This document shows, one piece after another, positions 39,907 through 50,288 of a DNA stretch of 59,968 nucleotides. The translations under genes were made by a program, and so were the position numbers. Source of the DNA: an uncultured Gemmatimonadota bacterium (GTDB lineage Bacteria > SM23-81 > DAOVCL01); the NCBI GenBank assembly GCA_964626665.1, contig CAZVGK010000005.1:1-59968 (forward strand), read 5' to 3'. Position 1 is the stretch's first letter. Each line of letters starts with the position of its first letter. Below the pieces are notes generated by a model. It ran no database searches, was not told where the DNA came from, and saw only the letters and a program-made list of their open reading frames with translations.

Positions 39907-40769
39907 AGACCTATCTTGACTGTGTCCCCTGTTTCCTTCGTCAGACCTTGGAGGCGGTGCGTATGGTTACCCCTGACCCCCAATTAGGGGAGGATGTCCT
40001 CAGGAAGGTTTTAATTTTGATCTCAGAGATGGACTTTAACCAGTCACCTCCCTATATGGGTTGGCAGATTCACAGGCTGGTTCGTCAGGTAAGCAATAAC
40101 TCCGACCCCTATCGAGAGGTAAAAAACAGGTTTAACAAGTTTGCCCTTGAGCTTTACCCCCAACTGAAGGAAAAGGTTGCAAGCTCGTCTGACCCATTCC
40201 AGATAGCGGTGAGATTAGCCATTGCCGGAAACATAATTGACTTTGGGGTCACCGGGGATATCGATTGGCAGGTGGTGAAGGACACCATCGCCGACGCCAT
40301 TAACGAACCGATTAACCAAGGGGCTTTAAGAAGGCTGCAAGCTAAGGCATTTAGCTCGGAAAACATCCTTTATCTTGCTGATAATGCCGGGGAGATAGTC
40401 TTCGATAGGTTGCTTTTGGAGGAGTTGCCTTTAGAGAAGGTCACTTTGGTCCTCAAGGGAAGCCCGGTGATTAATGATGCCACCTTAGAGGATGCTGAGT
40501 ATGCGGAACTTGATGGTTTAGTGAAGGTTGTGGATAATGGCTCCGATGTGCCGGGGACGATTTTGGCCGATTGTTCTGCGGGTTTTCGCCGCCTCTTTGA
40601 GCAAGCCGATTTAGTTATTGCCAAAGGCCAGGGAAACTATGAAACTTTAAGCGAGGAGGCCAGGGAGATATTCTTCCTGCTGAAAGTTAAATGTCCGGTT
40701 ATCGCCAGAGATATAGGTTGTCAGCCAGGCAGCTTCGTTGTCCTAAAGAAAGGGGCCCGGCCCCATTGA
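39903..40769 (+). CDS. DUF89/ARMT1-like damage-control phosphatase
   Basis: DCVPCF, AIAGNIIDFG, DNAGE, INDAT, AKGQGNYETL. Confidence 0.9.
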   Translation: MKTYLDCVPCFLRQTLEAVRMVTPDPQLGEDVLRKVLILISEMDFNQSPPYMGWQIHRLVRQVSNNSDPYREVKNRFNKFALELYPQLKEKVASSSDPFQIAVRLAIAGNIIDFGVTGDIDWQVVKDTIADAINEPINQGALRRLQAKAFSSENILYLADNAGEIVFDRLLLEELPLEKVTLVLKGSPVINDATLEDAEYAELDGLVKVVDNGSDVPGTILADCSAGFRRLFEQADLVIAKGQGNYETLSEEAREIFFLLKVKCPVIARDIGCQPGSFVVLKKGARPH

Positions 40770-40863
40770 GGATGAAAGATGCCAGGTAGATGAATAGGTT
40801 GGACATATATACATGGAACAATGACTATAAGTCGAGGTTTAAACCTTAAGAAAGGAGGTTAAA

Positions 40864-41292
40864 ATGCCAGGTGGAGATAGAACTGGGCCGGCAGGATTTG
40901 GCCCAATGACTGGTAGAGCCGCTGGATATTGTGCTGGCTATGGCATGCCCGGTTATACGAACCCCATCTTTGGGCAGGGTTATGGGGGAGGGGCACGAGG
41001 TTATGGTGGATGGGGAAGAGGCTATGGCGGATGGGGTGGTGGTGGTTGGGGGCATCGGAACTTGTATTATGCCACTGGGCTTCCTGGGTGGGCCAGGACA
41101 GGTTGGGGTTACCCAGCTGGGCAGACAGTTCCCGCCCCAGGGTACGCGCCAGCATACCCTTCCTATGGAGCCCCCCTCAGCCATGAGCAAGAAATCGATA
41201 CGCTCAAAGGGCAAGCTGAATATTTTGAGGATGCCCTTGATGGGATCAAAAAACGTATCGAGGAGTTGGGAAAGAAGAGGGAAGAGAAGTGA
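40864..41292 (+). CDS. DUF5320-family protein
   Basis: MPGGDRTGPAGFGPMTGRAAGYCAG; Gly-rich; C-terminal coiled coil. Confidence 0.88.
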   Translation: MPGGDRTGPAGFGPMTGRAAGYCAGYGMPGYTNPIFGQGYGGGARGYGGWGRGYGGWGGGGWGHRNLYYATGLPGWARTGWGYPAGQTVPAPGYAPAYPSYGAPLSHEQEIDTLKGQAEYFEDALDGIKKRIEELGKKREEK

Positions 41293-41298
41293 GGTAAC

Positions 41299-41335
41299 TC
41301 AGGTGAGGGAGGAGGTTTATCCTCCCTCACCTGAC
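41299..41335. repeat. Intergenic hairpin
   Basis: tcaggtgagggagga-ggttta-tcctccctcacctga. Confidence 0.6.
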
Positions 41336-41360
41336 GGCTCTATTCAGGGAGGATAATTAG

Positions 41361-42173
41361 ATGAAAGTTGCAGTGACAGCAGCAGGAACTGACTTAGAAG
41401 CCAAAGTTGACCCCAGATTCGGTCGCAGTCCCTATTTTCTCTTTGTGGAGACGGAGACGATGGATTTTGAGGCGGTGGAGAACCCTAATCTTGCACTTGG
41501 TGGGGGAGCGGGAATTCAATCTGCTCAGTTTGTGGTTGAAAAGGGAGCCAAGGCGGTGCTTACTGGTAACTGTGGGCCTAACGCCTATCAAACTTTAACT
41601 GCCGCCGGGGTTCAGGTGGCAGTGGGAGCCAACAGCTCGGTGCGGGAGGCGGTAGAGAAGTTTAAATCTGGCGGGTTTGAGACTACCTCTGGGCCCAATG
41701 TGGAGGACCATTTTGGTGCCGGGGGGGGGTCCTATTCCGGCCATCCTGGGGGAGGATTTGGTCGTGGTATGGGGAGAGGTATGGGGAGAGGTATGGGAAG
41801 AGGTATGGGGAGAGGTATGGGGAGAGGTATGGGTTTGGGGGTGATGGCATCAGGGTCTTGGACAGGGGAGGCGCCCACTCAGCCGAGCCAAGGAGATGAG
41901 TTGGAAGTGCTGCGCCAAGAGGCCCGGGCTATGGAGGAGGAGAAGAATCGGTTGATGGACCGTATTCACCAATTGGAGACCGGGGAAAAGGTTACCCGTG
42001 CCATCGCCAGGATTGACCAAAAAAAGTGCGTGGGCTGTAGGATTTGCGTACCTGCTTGTCCTACTCAGGCCATCCGCATGGAAGGTGAAAAGGCTGTAGT
42101 GAATGATGATGGCTGTATATCCTGTGGTCGTTGCGTTGAGGTGTGTCCCACTGCGGCCATAAGTATGAGCTGA
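41361..42173 (+). CDS. NifB/NifX domain + GRGM repeats + coiled coil + 2x[4Fe-4S] ferredoxin fusion
   Basis: VDPRFGR, GAGIQSAQ, TGNCGPNA; two CxxCxxCxxxCP motifs. Confidence 0.88.
   Translation: MKVAVTAAGTDLEAKVDPRFGRSPYFLFVETETMDFEAVENPNLALGGGAGIQSAQFVVEKGAKAVLTGNCGPNAYQTLTAAGVQVAVGANSSVREAVEKFKSGGFETTSGPNVEDHFGAGGGSYSGHPGGGFGRGMGRGMGRGMGRGMGRGMGRGMGLGVMASGSWTGEAPTQPSQGDELEVLRQEARAMEEEKNRLMDRIHQLETGEKVTRAIARIDQKKCVGCRICVPACPTQAIRMEGEKAVVNDDGCISCGRCVEVCPTAAISMS
41759..41833 (+). repeat. 12-bp in-frame tandem repeat, (GRGM)x6
   Basis: gggagaggtatg units. Confidence 0.9.
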
Positions 42174-42208
42174 TCTCAAGCTACTAAAAGAGGAAAGTGA
42201 GGTAAAAA

Positions 42209-42436
42209 ATGCCCAGAGGAGATGGAACAGGTCCTTCTGGAGGGGGACCAGGAACTGGTAGGGGGATGGGAATGGGACGTGGGGGGGGACGAGGGAGAAT
42301 GGGAGGTTATGGATTGGGGCCGAGTGGCACCTGTGTTTGCCCGCAATGTGGGAAGAGGGTGACCCATTCCCAAGGGGTCTCTTGCACCCAGATGAAATGC
42401 CCCGCCTGCGGGGCGACGATGACTAGGGCCAGATAG
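42209..42436 (+). CDS. Small Gly-rich protein with Cys motifs (DUF5320-like)
   Basis: MPRGDGTGP...CVCPQCG...C...KCPACG. Confidence 0.8.
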   Translation: MPRGDGTGPSGGGPGTGRGMGMGRGGGRGRMGGYGLGPSGTCVCPQCGKRVTHSQGVSCTQMKCPACGATMTRAR

Positions 42437-42751
42437 ACTGAGATTTGCGTCCCATAGACTCCGCCCGCAGGGCGCTAAGTTCAAAGTATAGGAATTTCCA
42501 TTTTTAGACAGGATGATCAGGATAAATTAAACTCGTCCACTAATGTTACATCTAAGCGAGTTAGGGGGTGGGAGACATCTCCTGATGCCGATCAAAAGTG
42601 TGCTGTCAGGAGTTACCTCTTCCGCCAGGAATCCCGTCGGAACGGGGCTGACAGCTCTTACAATAATAGAGGGGATGAATAAAAATCCGGTAAATCCCGT
42701 TATCCTGTCAAAAAAGCCCCGCCGCAGGACGTTAAGTCCCGCACAAAACCT

Positions 42752-43630
42752 ATGCAGATAACTGTTGCCAGTGGCAAAGGGGGGACGGGGAAGACCACCG
42801 TGGCCACAAATTTGGCCCTGACTATGGTCAGATCCGGCCAAAAGGCCACCTACATCGATTGTGATGTGGAGGAGCCGAACGGGCACATCTTCCTCAAGCC
42901 AAAGATCGACAAAAGTTTTCCTGCCGGGATACCCATTCCGCAGGTTGATATGGAGAAGTGCACTGGTTGTGGGCTCTGTGGTCAAATCTGTCAATACAGC
43001 GCGATTGTGGTCATCAAAGAGAAGGTGTTGACCTTTCCGGAACTCTGTAACGGTTGTGGCGGATGCCTGTTGGTCTGTCCCGTGGGAGCCATTAAAGAGG
43101 TTCCCCGACAGATAGGGGTAGTGGAGGAGGGAACGGCGGATGGGGTGGGTTTTATCCAGGGCCTTTTGGCGGTTGGTGAGGTTAGGTCAACGCCACTTAT
43201 CAAAGAGGTGAGGAACTCCTCCTCTTCCGCTGATGGTATAAAGATAGTTGATGCCCCACCGGGAACCTCCTGCCCAGTGATCGAAGCGGTAAAGGGGGTG
43301 GACTTTGTCCTCTTGGTTACGGAGCCTACCCCTTTTGGCCTCAATGACCTGCAACTTGCTGTGGGGATGATCAGGGAGCTAAAAATTCCCTTTGGCGTGG
43401 TGATCAATCGGGCCGATGTGGGGGATGAGAAGGTAAAGGAGTATTGCCAAACCGAGGGGATTGAGGTCCTCTTAGAGATACCAGATGATCGCCGGGTAGC
43501 TGAGGCCTACTCCCGGGGGGAGCTGGCCATCAATGCGCTTCCCGCATACCGATCCCAATTTCGTGGGTTGGTTAAATCCATTGAGGAGAGCCTAAAACGT
43601 TCCAATTTCCCCAAATCCCTCCGGCCTTAG
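42752..43630 (+). CDS. MinD/ParA-superfamily P-loop ATPase with inserted ferredoxin
   Basis: SGKGGTGKTT, DCDVEEPN, two CxxCxxC motifs, DAPPGTSCP, EPTPFG. Confidence 0.9.
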   Translation: MQITVASGKGGTGKTTVATNLALTMVRSGQKATYIDCDVEEPNGHIFLKPKIDKSFPAGIPIPQVDMEKCTGCGLCGQICQYSAIVVIKEKVLTFPELCNGCGGCLLVCPVGAIKEVPRQIGVVEEGTADGVGFIQGLLAVGEVRSTPLIKEVRNSSSSADGIKIVDAPPGTSCPVIEAVKGVDFVLLVTEPTPFGLNDLQLAVGMIRELKIPFGVVINRADVGDEKVKEYCQTEGIEVLLEIPDDRRVAEAYSRGELAINALPAYRSQFRGLVKSIEESLKRSNFPKSLRP

Positions 43631-43636
43631 TGAGCG

Positions 43637-44185
43637 GTGGAGGATTTTCCCTTGAACTTCTATGACCGGCTCAAACCCTGGTTGTTCAGCCAGATTGCCG
43701 CGGAGCTTAGGTCCGCCTCCCGTATCTTAGATCTGGGCTGTGGGGATTGTAAGCTTGTAGGTTGGCTGGCGGAGACCTATGGGAAGAACACCATCGGGGT
43801 AGATATATCCAACTTGGTGTTTCCCGCAGAGGGGAATGGAACGAGATGCGTGCGGGCTGATGCTCAGTCGCTTAATAATTTTCTGGCCAAGGAGACCATA
43901 GATGCCGTTGTCCTCTTCTGGTCTTTACATGAGATGGCCCACCCCTTGGCTGTGTTGCAAGAGGCCAAAAGGGTTCTTCGCCCCTTAGGGGAAATCCTGA
44001 TCGTCGAGTTCCCGCGCGGTTCTTTGGCCCAGAGGTTGTGGAATGAGGCCTACTATTCTATAGGGGAGTTAGCTGATATGCTGAAAAAAGCGGGCTTTTG
44101 GAGACCAGAGGTGAAGCCAATTGCGCACCGCCAGCTAACCTGGGCAAAGGGCTTTAAACTCTCGCCTCCTGAGAAGGGCAAGTGA
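43637..44185 (+). CDS. Class I SAM-dependent methyltransferase
   Basis: ILDLGCG, GVDIS, RVLRP.G. Confidence 0.85.
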   Translation: MEDFPLNFYDRLKPWLFSQIAAELRSASRILDLGCGDCKLVGWLAETYGKNTIGVDISNLVFPAEGNGTRCVRADAQSLNNFLAKETIDAVVLFWSLHEMAHPLAVLQEAKRVLRPLGEILIVEFPRGSLAQRLWNEAYYSIGELADMLKKAGFWRPEVKPIAHRQLTWAKGFKLSPPEKGK

Positions 44186-45072
44186 AGGAACTTGTGGTGA
44201 TCAGCGGCAAGGGAGGTACGGGGAAGACGAGCATAGTGGCCTCCTTTTCTTCCTTGGCGGAGAGGAAGGTTCTGGCTGATTGTGATGTGGATGCCGCAGA
44301 CCTTTGGCTCATCTTAGAGCCCCATATCCTCCGGCGGGAGCCCTTCTTAGGGGGTAAGAGGGCGCAGGTAATTGAGGAGAAATGCACTTCCTGTGGGAAA
44401 TGCCAGGAGGTTTGCCGCTTTGATGCGATCAGCTCTACTGCATCACTAGGGGACCAAGGGAAGGAGATCTATAGGGTAGATCCCATTGCCTGTGAGGGAT
44501 GCGGTGTCTGTGTTTATTTCTGCCCGGAGGAAGCCATCGATTTTCGGGATCAGGTGAACGGCGAGTGGTTCATATCCGAGACCCGCAATGGGCCAATGGT
44601 GCATGCTAAGTTGGGCATTGCCGAGGAGAACTCGGGGAAGTTGGTTACCTTGGTGCGGAAGGAGGCCAATCGGCTGGCCGAGGAGAGAGGCTTAGATTTG
44701 GTGATCATCGATGGTTCACCAGGCATTGGCTGTCCGGTGATTGCCTCTATTACTGGGGCCAGCCTGGTCTTGGTGGTTACCGAGCCCACCCTCTCTGGTC
44801 AACATGACTTGGAGAGGGTCTCCCAGTTAACCGCCCATTTCGGCATCCAGACCGTGGTCTGTATCAATAAGTATGATCTCAATCCAGGGATGGCCGCGCA
44901 GATGGAGGGAAGGGCCGAGGAGATGGGCCTGAAGGTTGTCGGCAAGGTGAGATATGACCCCGCGGTAACCAAGGCCCAGATTATGAGGACCAGCGTGGTG
45001 GAATACACCGGAGGTAAAGTGGCAGAGGAGATCAAAGCCCTCTGGAGGCATATAGTCTATGCCCTAGGTTGA
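44182..45072 (+). CDS. MinD/ParA-superfamily P-loop ATPase with inserted ferredoxin (second paralogue)
   Basis: SGKGGTGKT, DCDVDAAD, two CxxCxxC motifs, DGSPGIGCP. Confidence 0.9.
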   Translation: MKELVVISGKGGTGKTSIVASFSSLAERKVLADCDVDAADLWLILEPHILRREPFLGGKRAQVIEEKCTSCGKCQEVCRFDAISSTASLGDQGKEIYRVDPIACEGCGVCVYFCPEEAIDFRDQVNGEWFISETRNGPMVHAKLGIAEENSGKLVTLVRKEANRLAEERGLDLVIIDGSPGIGCPVIASITGASLVLVVTEPTLSGQHDLERVSQLTAHFGIQTVVCINKYDLNPGMAAQMEGRAEEMGLKVVGKVRYDPAVTKAQIMRTSVVEYTGGKVAEEIKALWRHIVYALG

Positions 45073-45287
45073 ACTTTTTTAGATAGAGACAAAGCCCACC
45101 TCACATTACCTTTTTGTTTGGGGGCGGAAAGGGTCGCAGGAGAGAATTATTTGATAGGCAGAAAAATGAGATGGGAGAACAGGGTGTTGAGGAAAATCAA
45201 AGAGGGGGACAGATAGCCAAAGAAAAGTGTGAGCGCTCTGTTGGACGATGTTTTTTATAATTTTATGGACGTCCCCCATTTTCCAAA

Positions 45288-45501
45288 GAGGGAGTTGAAG
45301 TAGAAGTTATCTTTCATGATGAGAAGGAGAGAAACCAATCTTACATTGCCGCCATGAAACAGGAGTCGGAACGGATGGATCGAGGCTTTCAACTTGGCGG
45401 TGGGTCATACTACCGTTCACGGGATGAACTCCATAAGAGATAGTGCCTTTATTGATACTAATATTCTCCTCTATGCTTATGACCGTGATGCCGGTGTTAA
45501 A
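45288..45501 (+). pseudogene. Truncated antitoxin/PIN-toxin pair
   Basis: Antitoxin C-terminus ..GGGSYYRSRDELHKR* (stop 45443); PIN N-terminus MNSIRDSAFIDTNILLYAYDRDAG from 45424, cut off by a palindrome. Confidence 0.7.
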
Positions 45502-45935
45502 GTGCCGTCAGGGCTCTGCCCTGACGGGGAAAGGTTCTACCGCACTTTAGTGCGGGTTGAGGGCCTTCAGGCCCTAAAAAACGGGCTAAAGCTCCAAAGT
45601 GGTTACCTCAGTAAAGCCTGGTGGAAACGGACCGAGCCGTCAGAACCCCGATTCTGACGGCAGATAAAGAGGTGGCTAAAAGGAGACAGGGAACCGCAAA
45701 TTAACGCAGAATTACGCGGATATGTACCGTCAGGGCTCTGCCCCGACGGGCAAGGGTTCTACCGCACTTTAGCGCGGGTTGGGCCCCTTTAGGGCCACTA
45801 TGGAGTGTGTCAACTCCTGTTGACGCATGCTGTGACAGGAGTCACAGCACTCCAAACGGGCTAAAGCCCAGGAGAGGTTGCCCCAGCTAAAGCCGGGTAG
45901 AAGTTGTGGGAGGTATTTCTTGATGCCGATGATTG
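45500..45935. repeat. Cluster of REP-like palindromes
   Basis: ccgtcagggc..gccc(t/c)gacgg x2, ccgcactttag(t/c)gcgg x2, cgggctaaagc x2. Confidence 0.75.
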
Positions 45936-46087
45936 AGGTCGTAGGCACTCTGACAAATCAGAGGTCGAAGGGGAAGCTCCTAAAAATGGCTTGACGCTTC
46001 TGATAAATATGGCTAATTTTGATAAAGAAATGCTCAAAATGAGGATAGCTATTGACTTGAATTTTGTGGACGGTCAATACTTAAATT

Positions 46088-46405
46088 ATGCCAGAGCTTG
46101 TGATAGAGAGAATTAGGAAAGCTGTTCTTGAAGGAGAGATAAATATCAGACGTCATGCTCATCGCCGAATGTTTAAGAGGGGGATCCTTTTCGAGGAAGT
46201 ACGGGAGGTTATTCTTCACGGTGATCTGATAGAGGCTTATCCTAAAGCCAACCCTTTTCCCGCTTATCTTTTTATGGGCCTTGTGAAAGAAGAAGAACCT
46301 TTGTATGTTCTCTGCGGTTTTGATGGTGAGACTGTTTATATTATCACTGTCCATTGGTTAGATCCTCAGAAATGGATTGACCCTTGGACAAGGAGGAGGA
46401 GATAA
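46088..46405 (+). CDS. DUF4258-family protein (putative toxin)
   Basis: HA..RM..RGI, G.LIE.YP, IITV..LDP..W. Confidence 0.85.
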   Translation: MPELVIERIRKAVLEGEINIRRHAHRRMFKRGILFEEVREVILHGDLIEAYPKANPFPAYLFMGLVKEEEPLYVLCGFDGETVYIITVHWLDPQKWIDPWTRRRR

Positions 46406-46407
46406 AA

Positions 46408-46656
46408 ATGAGATGTTCTTTGTGTGGAGGAGAACTCAAGGAGAAGATCATTAGCTATGAAGTTCACTTCAAAGAAGAACTTTATAGTTTTGAGGATGTG
46501 CCAGCTTTAGTTTGTGAGAGCTGTGGTGATATTTCTTTTTCTTCAGCGGTGGCTCAAGAGATGGATCGGATCATCAAAGAGAAAGGGAAGCCTGAGAAGT
46601 ACCAAAAGGTGCCTGTTTTTTCCCTGCGGAATCTATGTCCTCAGCAAGTAACCTGA
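46408..46656 (+). CDS. YgiT/MqsA-type zinc-finger protein (putative antitoxin)
   Basis: CSLCGG...DVPALVCESCG. Confidence 0.85.
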   Translation: MRCSLCGGELKEKIISYEVHFKEELYSFEDVPALVCESCGDISFSSAVAQEMDRIIKEKGKPEKYQKVPVFSLRNLCPQQVT

Positions 46657-46790
46657 AATTTGTGCAAATTGAAGGCCTGACACTAATTAACCTGATGGGG
46701 ACAGGACTCCAGCCCTGTCCAAGCATGGCTGAACTCCAGCAGGTTCCAAACCTGGGAGCATTCCATCGGCAGGAAAAGAGGAGAAAATCC

Positions 46791-46819
46791 TTGACAAGTG
46801 AGGTGTGACTCACTATTTT
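46791..46819 (+). promoter_or_regulatory. Sigma70-type promoter
   Basis: TTGACA-17 nt-TATTTT. Confidence 0.6.
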
Positions 46820-46913
46820 TAAGTGTTCTCAAGAAGGGCTTCTAATGACGAAAATACCTTACCATTTAGATAATACAGGATTGGGTGAGGGAGAGTCGGG
46901 AAACGAGAACAAG

Positions 46914-47496
46914 AGCTCTTCAGCATTTATTTCAAAGCTAGAGACCAATAGAAAGGAACAACCGATCTGCTAAGGTGTCCGCTTGAAGGCAGGTCGGTTT
47001 TCGTTTTGGGTTACATCTGGAGGTTCAGTGCCGTCAGGGTTCTGCCCGGAACTTTTCTACCGCACTTTAGTGCAGGGTAAATATCCCTTTTCGGACTTTC
47101 TCCGATTTGGTAGCCGCAGACTTCAGTCTGCGTATTCCCGCCTCCCAGAAACGAGGTGGCAGAACCCTGATCCACCGAGCCGTCGGAACCCCGATTCTGA
47201 CGGCAAAGAGGTAAATCAGGTGGCAGAAGAGAGCTTCTGTCACCTTTCAGTTTAAGGAGAGTTACCCCCAGCTAAGGCCGGATAGAAGGGTGGAGTGTGG
47301 GAGGCATCTCCCCTGGGCGGAGCCTCGGGCAAGCCCGATGCCGATAAAAAGTGTGCTGTCAGGAGTTACCTCTTCCGCCAGGAATCCCGTCGGAACGGGG
47401 CTGACAGCTCTTGAATGAACTTATAGGAACAGGGGTTAGCTCTGTCCGTAAAGGCTCCATTTGGAGCCATAGAAAATGGGAAGTGTCCCTATTTTC
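46914..47496 (+). repeat. 583-bp direct repeat, copy 1
   Basis: Near-identical to 50289-50871 (offset 3375); identical ORF-track entries at 46983 and 50358. Confidence 0.95.
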
Positions 47497-47772
47497 CCAA
47501 GAAGCGAGGTGGCAGAATCCCGATTCTGCCACCTCATTTCATCCAGCTCAGCACAGGGAAGGGTCCGATAAACTGGTTTCCCCTCAAGATTATAAAATGC
47601 TGTAAAAAAAAATTTACAGTTCATATCCCCCTACGAAACAACGAATTACCAACCCAACCCTCTAAAATTGTCGAAGCAACTTACATTTTGAGACCTCACC
47701 ACAGTTTCACAAGAAGGGACATTTCTCTAAATTTCCTTAAATCTCAACAGCTTACATTTTTTCAGATCAGGT

Positions 47773-47787
47773 TGGCACAAAAATTGC
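47773..47787 (+). promoter_or_regulatory. Sigma54 promoter upstream of the S8 peptidase
   Basis: TGGCAC-aaaaa-TTGC. Confidence 0.72.
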
Positions 47788-47984
47788 CCTCATTAAATAA
47801 TGAAAGGCATCCTTTTAAAAGAAGCCATCACAAGGATGATAGGCACTATTGTAACAGATCAATCTGAAAATCGCCGGTTTTCGTGAGGCCGAAAAGCCCC
47901 ACCGCTTGCGGTGGGGATAAGTCTCACGAGGCGATTTTCTTTATAATCAAAATTGAAACAGACCTTTAAAAAAGGAAGGAAAGA

Positions 47985-50189
47985 ATGGTCAAAAGATTGA
48001 TTTTTTTCTTTATCTTGGTTCTTTTCTTAGTATCGTCGGTATCAGCCGAGAGAGTTTTGGTTTCTCAGAGTGCCAAGAAAAGGATTTCTAAGGAAACGAT
48101 AACTGATTTTAAAATTTCTACGGAATCTTTTGTTAATAAGGCAGAGAAAGATCTCCAAATTAAAGTTGAGCCTCTCTGGATTATCAATGGTTTTGCGGCT
48201 GATTTGACAGAAACCCAGATTCAATTTCTCGAAGAGAACTATGCCGTTCAAATTGAAGAAGATGAAGTAGTCCACTTGCTCAAAGAAGATACAAATAAAG
48301 CAATTTATTTGTCGACTTCAGAAAAAATTGTATCTGACCCTATTCCTCAATGGAATATCCGGATGGTTCGCGCTCCGAAATGTTGGGAAATGGGATATAA
48401 AGGGCAAGGAATCGTTGTTGGAAATATTGATACAGGAGTATATCCTTGGCATGAAGTATTTGGGGACCGTTTTACTGGTGTTTGGTACGATGCAGTAAAT
48501 CATCGCACAGACCCATATGACGACCATGGGCATGGAACCCATACAATGGGAATTCTTTGTGGAACTCTTGGATTTGGGGTTGCTCCGGAAGCCACATTTA
48601 TTGCTTTAAAGGCTTTTGATGCTTATGGTGCCGGCTATAGTTCAGATATTCTGGAGTGTTACCAAGTTATTGTTGACCTTTATGGAACTGCGAATTTCCC
48701 GGATGTAATTAATAATTCTTGGGGATGTGTAAATCAAGTAGAAACTTGTTATTGGGACGCTTTAGAACTTCTAAGAGAACTTGGATGCATTAATGTCTTT
48801 GCAATTGGGAATACTGGACCAGGTAGACAATCAACAAATTCTCCTGGAAATTATCCTCAGGTGATCGCGGCAGGCGCGGTAACTTCGGATACGCTTATTT
48901 GCAACTTTTCTTCAAGAGGACCAGCTCCCTGTGTTGATCCCTGGAATATTCCGGAACTCTGGCCTGATCCAGAATGGTATTTATACAAACCTGACCTTTC
49001 GGCCCCGGGATTTGAAGTGTGGTCAGCCTTACCTGATAATAATTTTCGATCTTGGTCTGGAACATCAATGGCTTGTCCTCATGTGGCTGGGGCGGCGGCG
49101 ATTTTGCTATCACAATGCGATACATTATCTTTCTATACCGTCTGGAAAAAACTGACAGATGCAGCGATTCCACAAGGGGAAAAGCCGAATCATAATTATG
49201 GATGGGGATTCTTGGATATTTATGCCGCTTTAGACGATACGACTGGACCAGAACAAGATCTTGAAATCAAATCAATTGTCGACGTTCCTAACGATTCTGG
49301 AAAACAGGTCGAAATCACCTGGTATGCTTCTAAGCGGGACCCCGGGAAAGTTATTGATTATTCGATTTATCGGAAAATAGACGCCCGGGGTAGCGGAATA
49401 AAGGATTGGCCTCCTGGAGAGTGGGAGTTCATTGAAACAGTTCCTGCCTGGGGCGAATCAAGTTATGTGGCTATTGCCCCGACTATTGAGGATTCCTTGA
49501 TGACCTATTTCTTTATTCGAGCTGGAACAGACAGTACTATAGTCTACTATGATTCCGAAGTTGATAGTGGATTTTCCTGTATAGGACCACCTGAACAGGA
49601 CCTTGAGATTAAGTCAATTACTGACGTTCCCAATGACTACGGAAAGCAAGTCAAAATTGTCTGGTATGCTTCTAAATGGGATATAGGAAGAGTTATTAAT
49701 TATTCGATTTATCGGAAAATAGACGCTCGGGGTAGCGGAATAAAAGATTGGCCTCCTGGAGAGTGGGAGTTCATTGAAACAGTTCCTGCCTGGGGCGAAT
49801 CAAGTTATGTGGCTATTGCCCCGACTATTGAGGATTCCTTGATGACCTATTTCTTTATTCGAGCTGGAACAAGAGATACTGTGGTTTACTATGATTCCGA
49901 AGTCGATAGTGGATTCTCTGTTTGTAATCGTATAAAAATAGCCTTTTCTGTCTATAATCGTACAGGAATAGAATCTCAGGAAGAAAAGCTAAAATTCGCA
50001 GCTTATCCAAATCCTTTTAACGCAGAAGTGAAATTTACCCTTGAAAAGGGCCTGATAGAGATTTTTGACATCAGCGGACGGAAAGTTGACACTGTTACAA
50101 AATCTGTCTGGAATGCTTCAAGATTCGCCAGCGGAATATACTTTGCGCGATACAGAAACCAGGTAATTAGGTTGCTTCTGATTAAGTAG
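47985..50189 (+). CDS. Secreted subtilisin-like S8 peptidase with a duplicated domain and T9SS-like CTD
   Basis: IDTG, HGTHTMG and GTSMACPHVAG triad; signal peptide; YPNPFN; low GC. Confidence 0.93.
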   Translation: MVKRLIFFFILVLFLVSSVSAERVLVSQSAKKRISKETITDFKISTESFVNKAEKDLQIKVEPLWIINGFAADLTETQIQFLEENYAVQIEEDEVVHLLKEDTNKAIYLSTSEKIVSDPIPQWNIRMVRAPKCWEMGYKGQGIVVGNIDTGVYPWHEVFGDRFTGVWYDAVNHRTDPYDDHGHGTHTMGILCGTLGFGVAPEATFIALKAFDAYGAGYSSDILECYQVIVDLYGTANFPDVINNSWGCVNQVETCYWDALELLRELGCINVFAIGNTGPGRQSTNSPGNYPQVIAAGAVTSDTLICNFSSRGPAPCVDPWNIPELWPDPEWYLYKPDLSAPGFEVWSALPDNNFRSWSGTSMACPHVAGAAAILLSQCDTLSFYTVWKKLTDAAIPQGEKPNHNYGWGFLDIYAALDDTTGPEQDLEIKSIVDVPNDSGKQVEITWYASKRDPGKVIDYSIYRKIDARGSGIKDWPPGEWEFIETVPAWGESSYVAIAPTIEDSLMTYFFIRAGTDSTIVYYDSEVDSGFSCIGPPEQDLEIKSITDVPNDYGKQVKIVWYASKWDIGRVINYSIYRKIDARGSGIKDWPPGEWEFIETVPAWGESSYVAIAPTIEDSLMTYFFIRAGTRDTVVYYDSEVDSGFSVCNRIKIAFSVYNRTGIESQEEKLKFAAYPNPFNAEVKFTLEKGLIEIFDISGRKVDTVTKSVWNASRFASGIYFARYRNQVIRLLLIK

Positions 50190-50288
50190 GAGGTCTGACC
50201 TCCGTAATCAAAGCTTCTAATGACGAAAAACCTTGCCTTTCTAAAAAAACAAGATAGGGTGGGCGAGAATCGGGAGGCAAAAAGCGAT

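Noticed and set aside
46838-46913. DGR-like adenine-specific variation between this segment and 50213-50288
   Set aside because: Mismatches include non-A positions and indels, and run in both directions
46983-47255. 90-aa ORF and its twin at 50358-50630
   Set aside because: They read through palindromic repeats, start at TTG and show no protein motif
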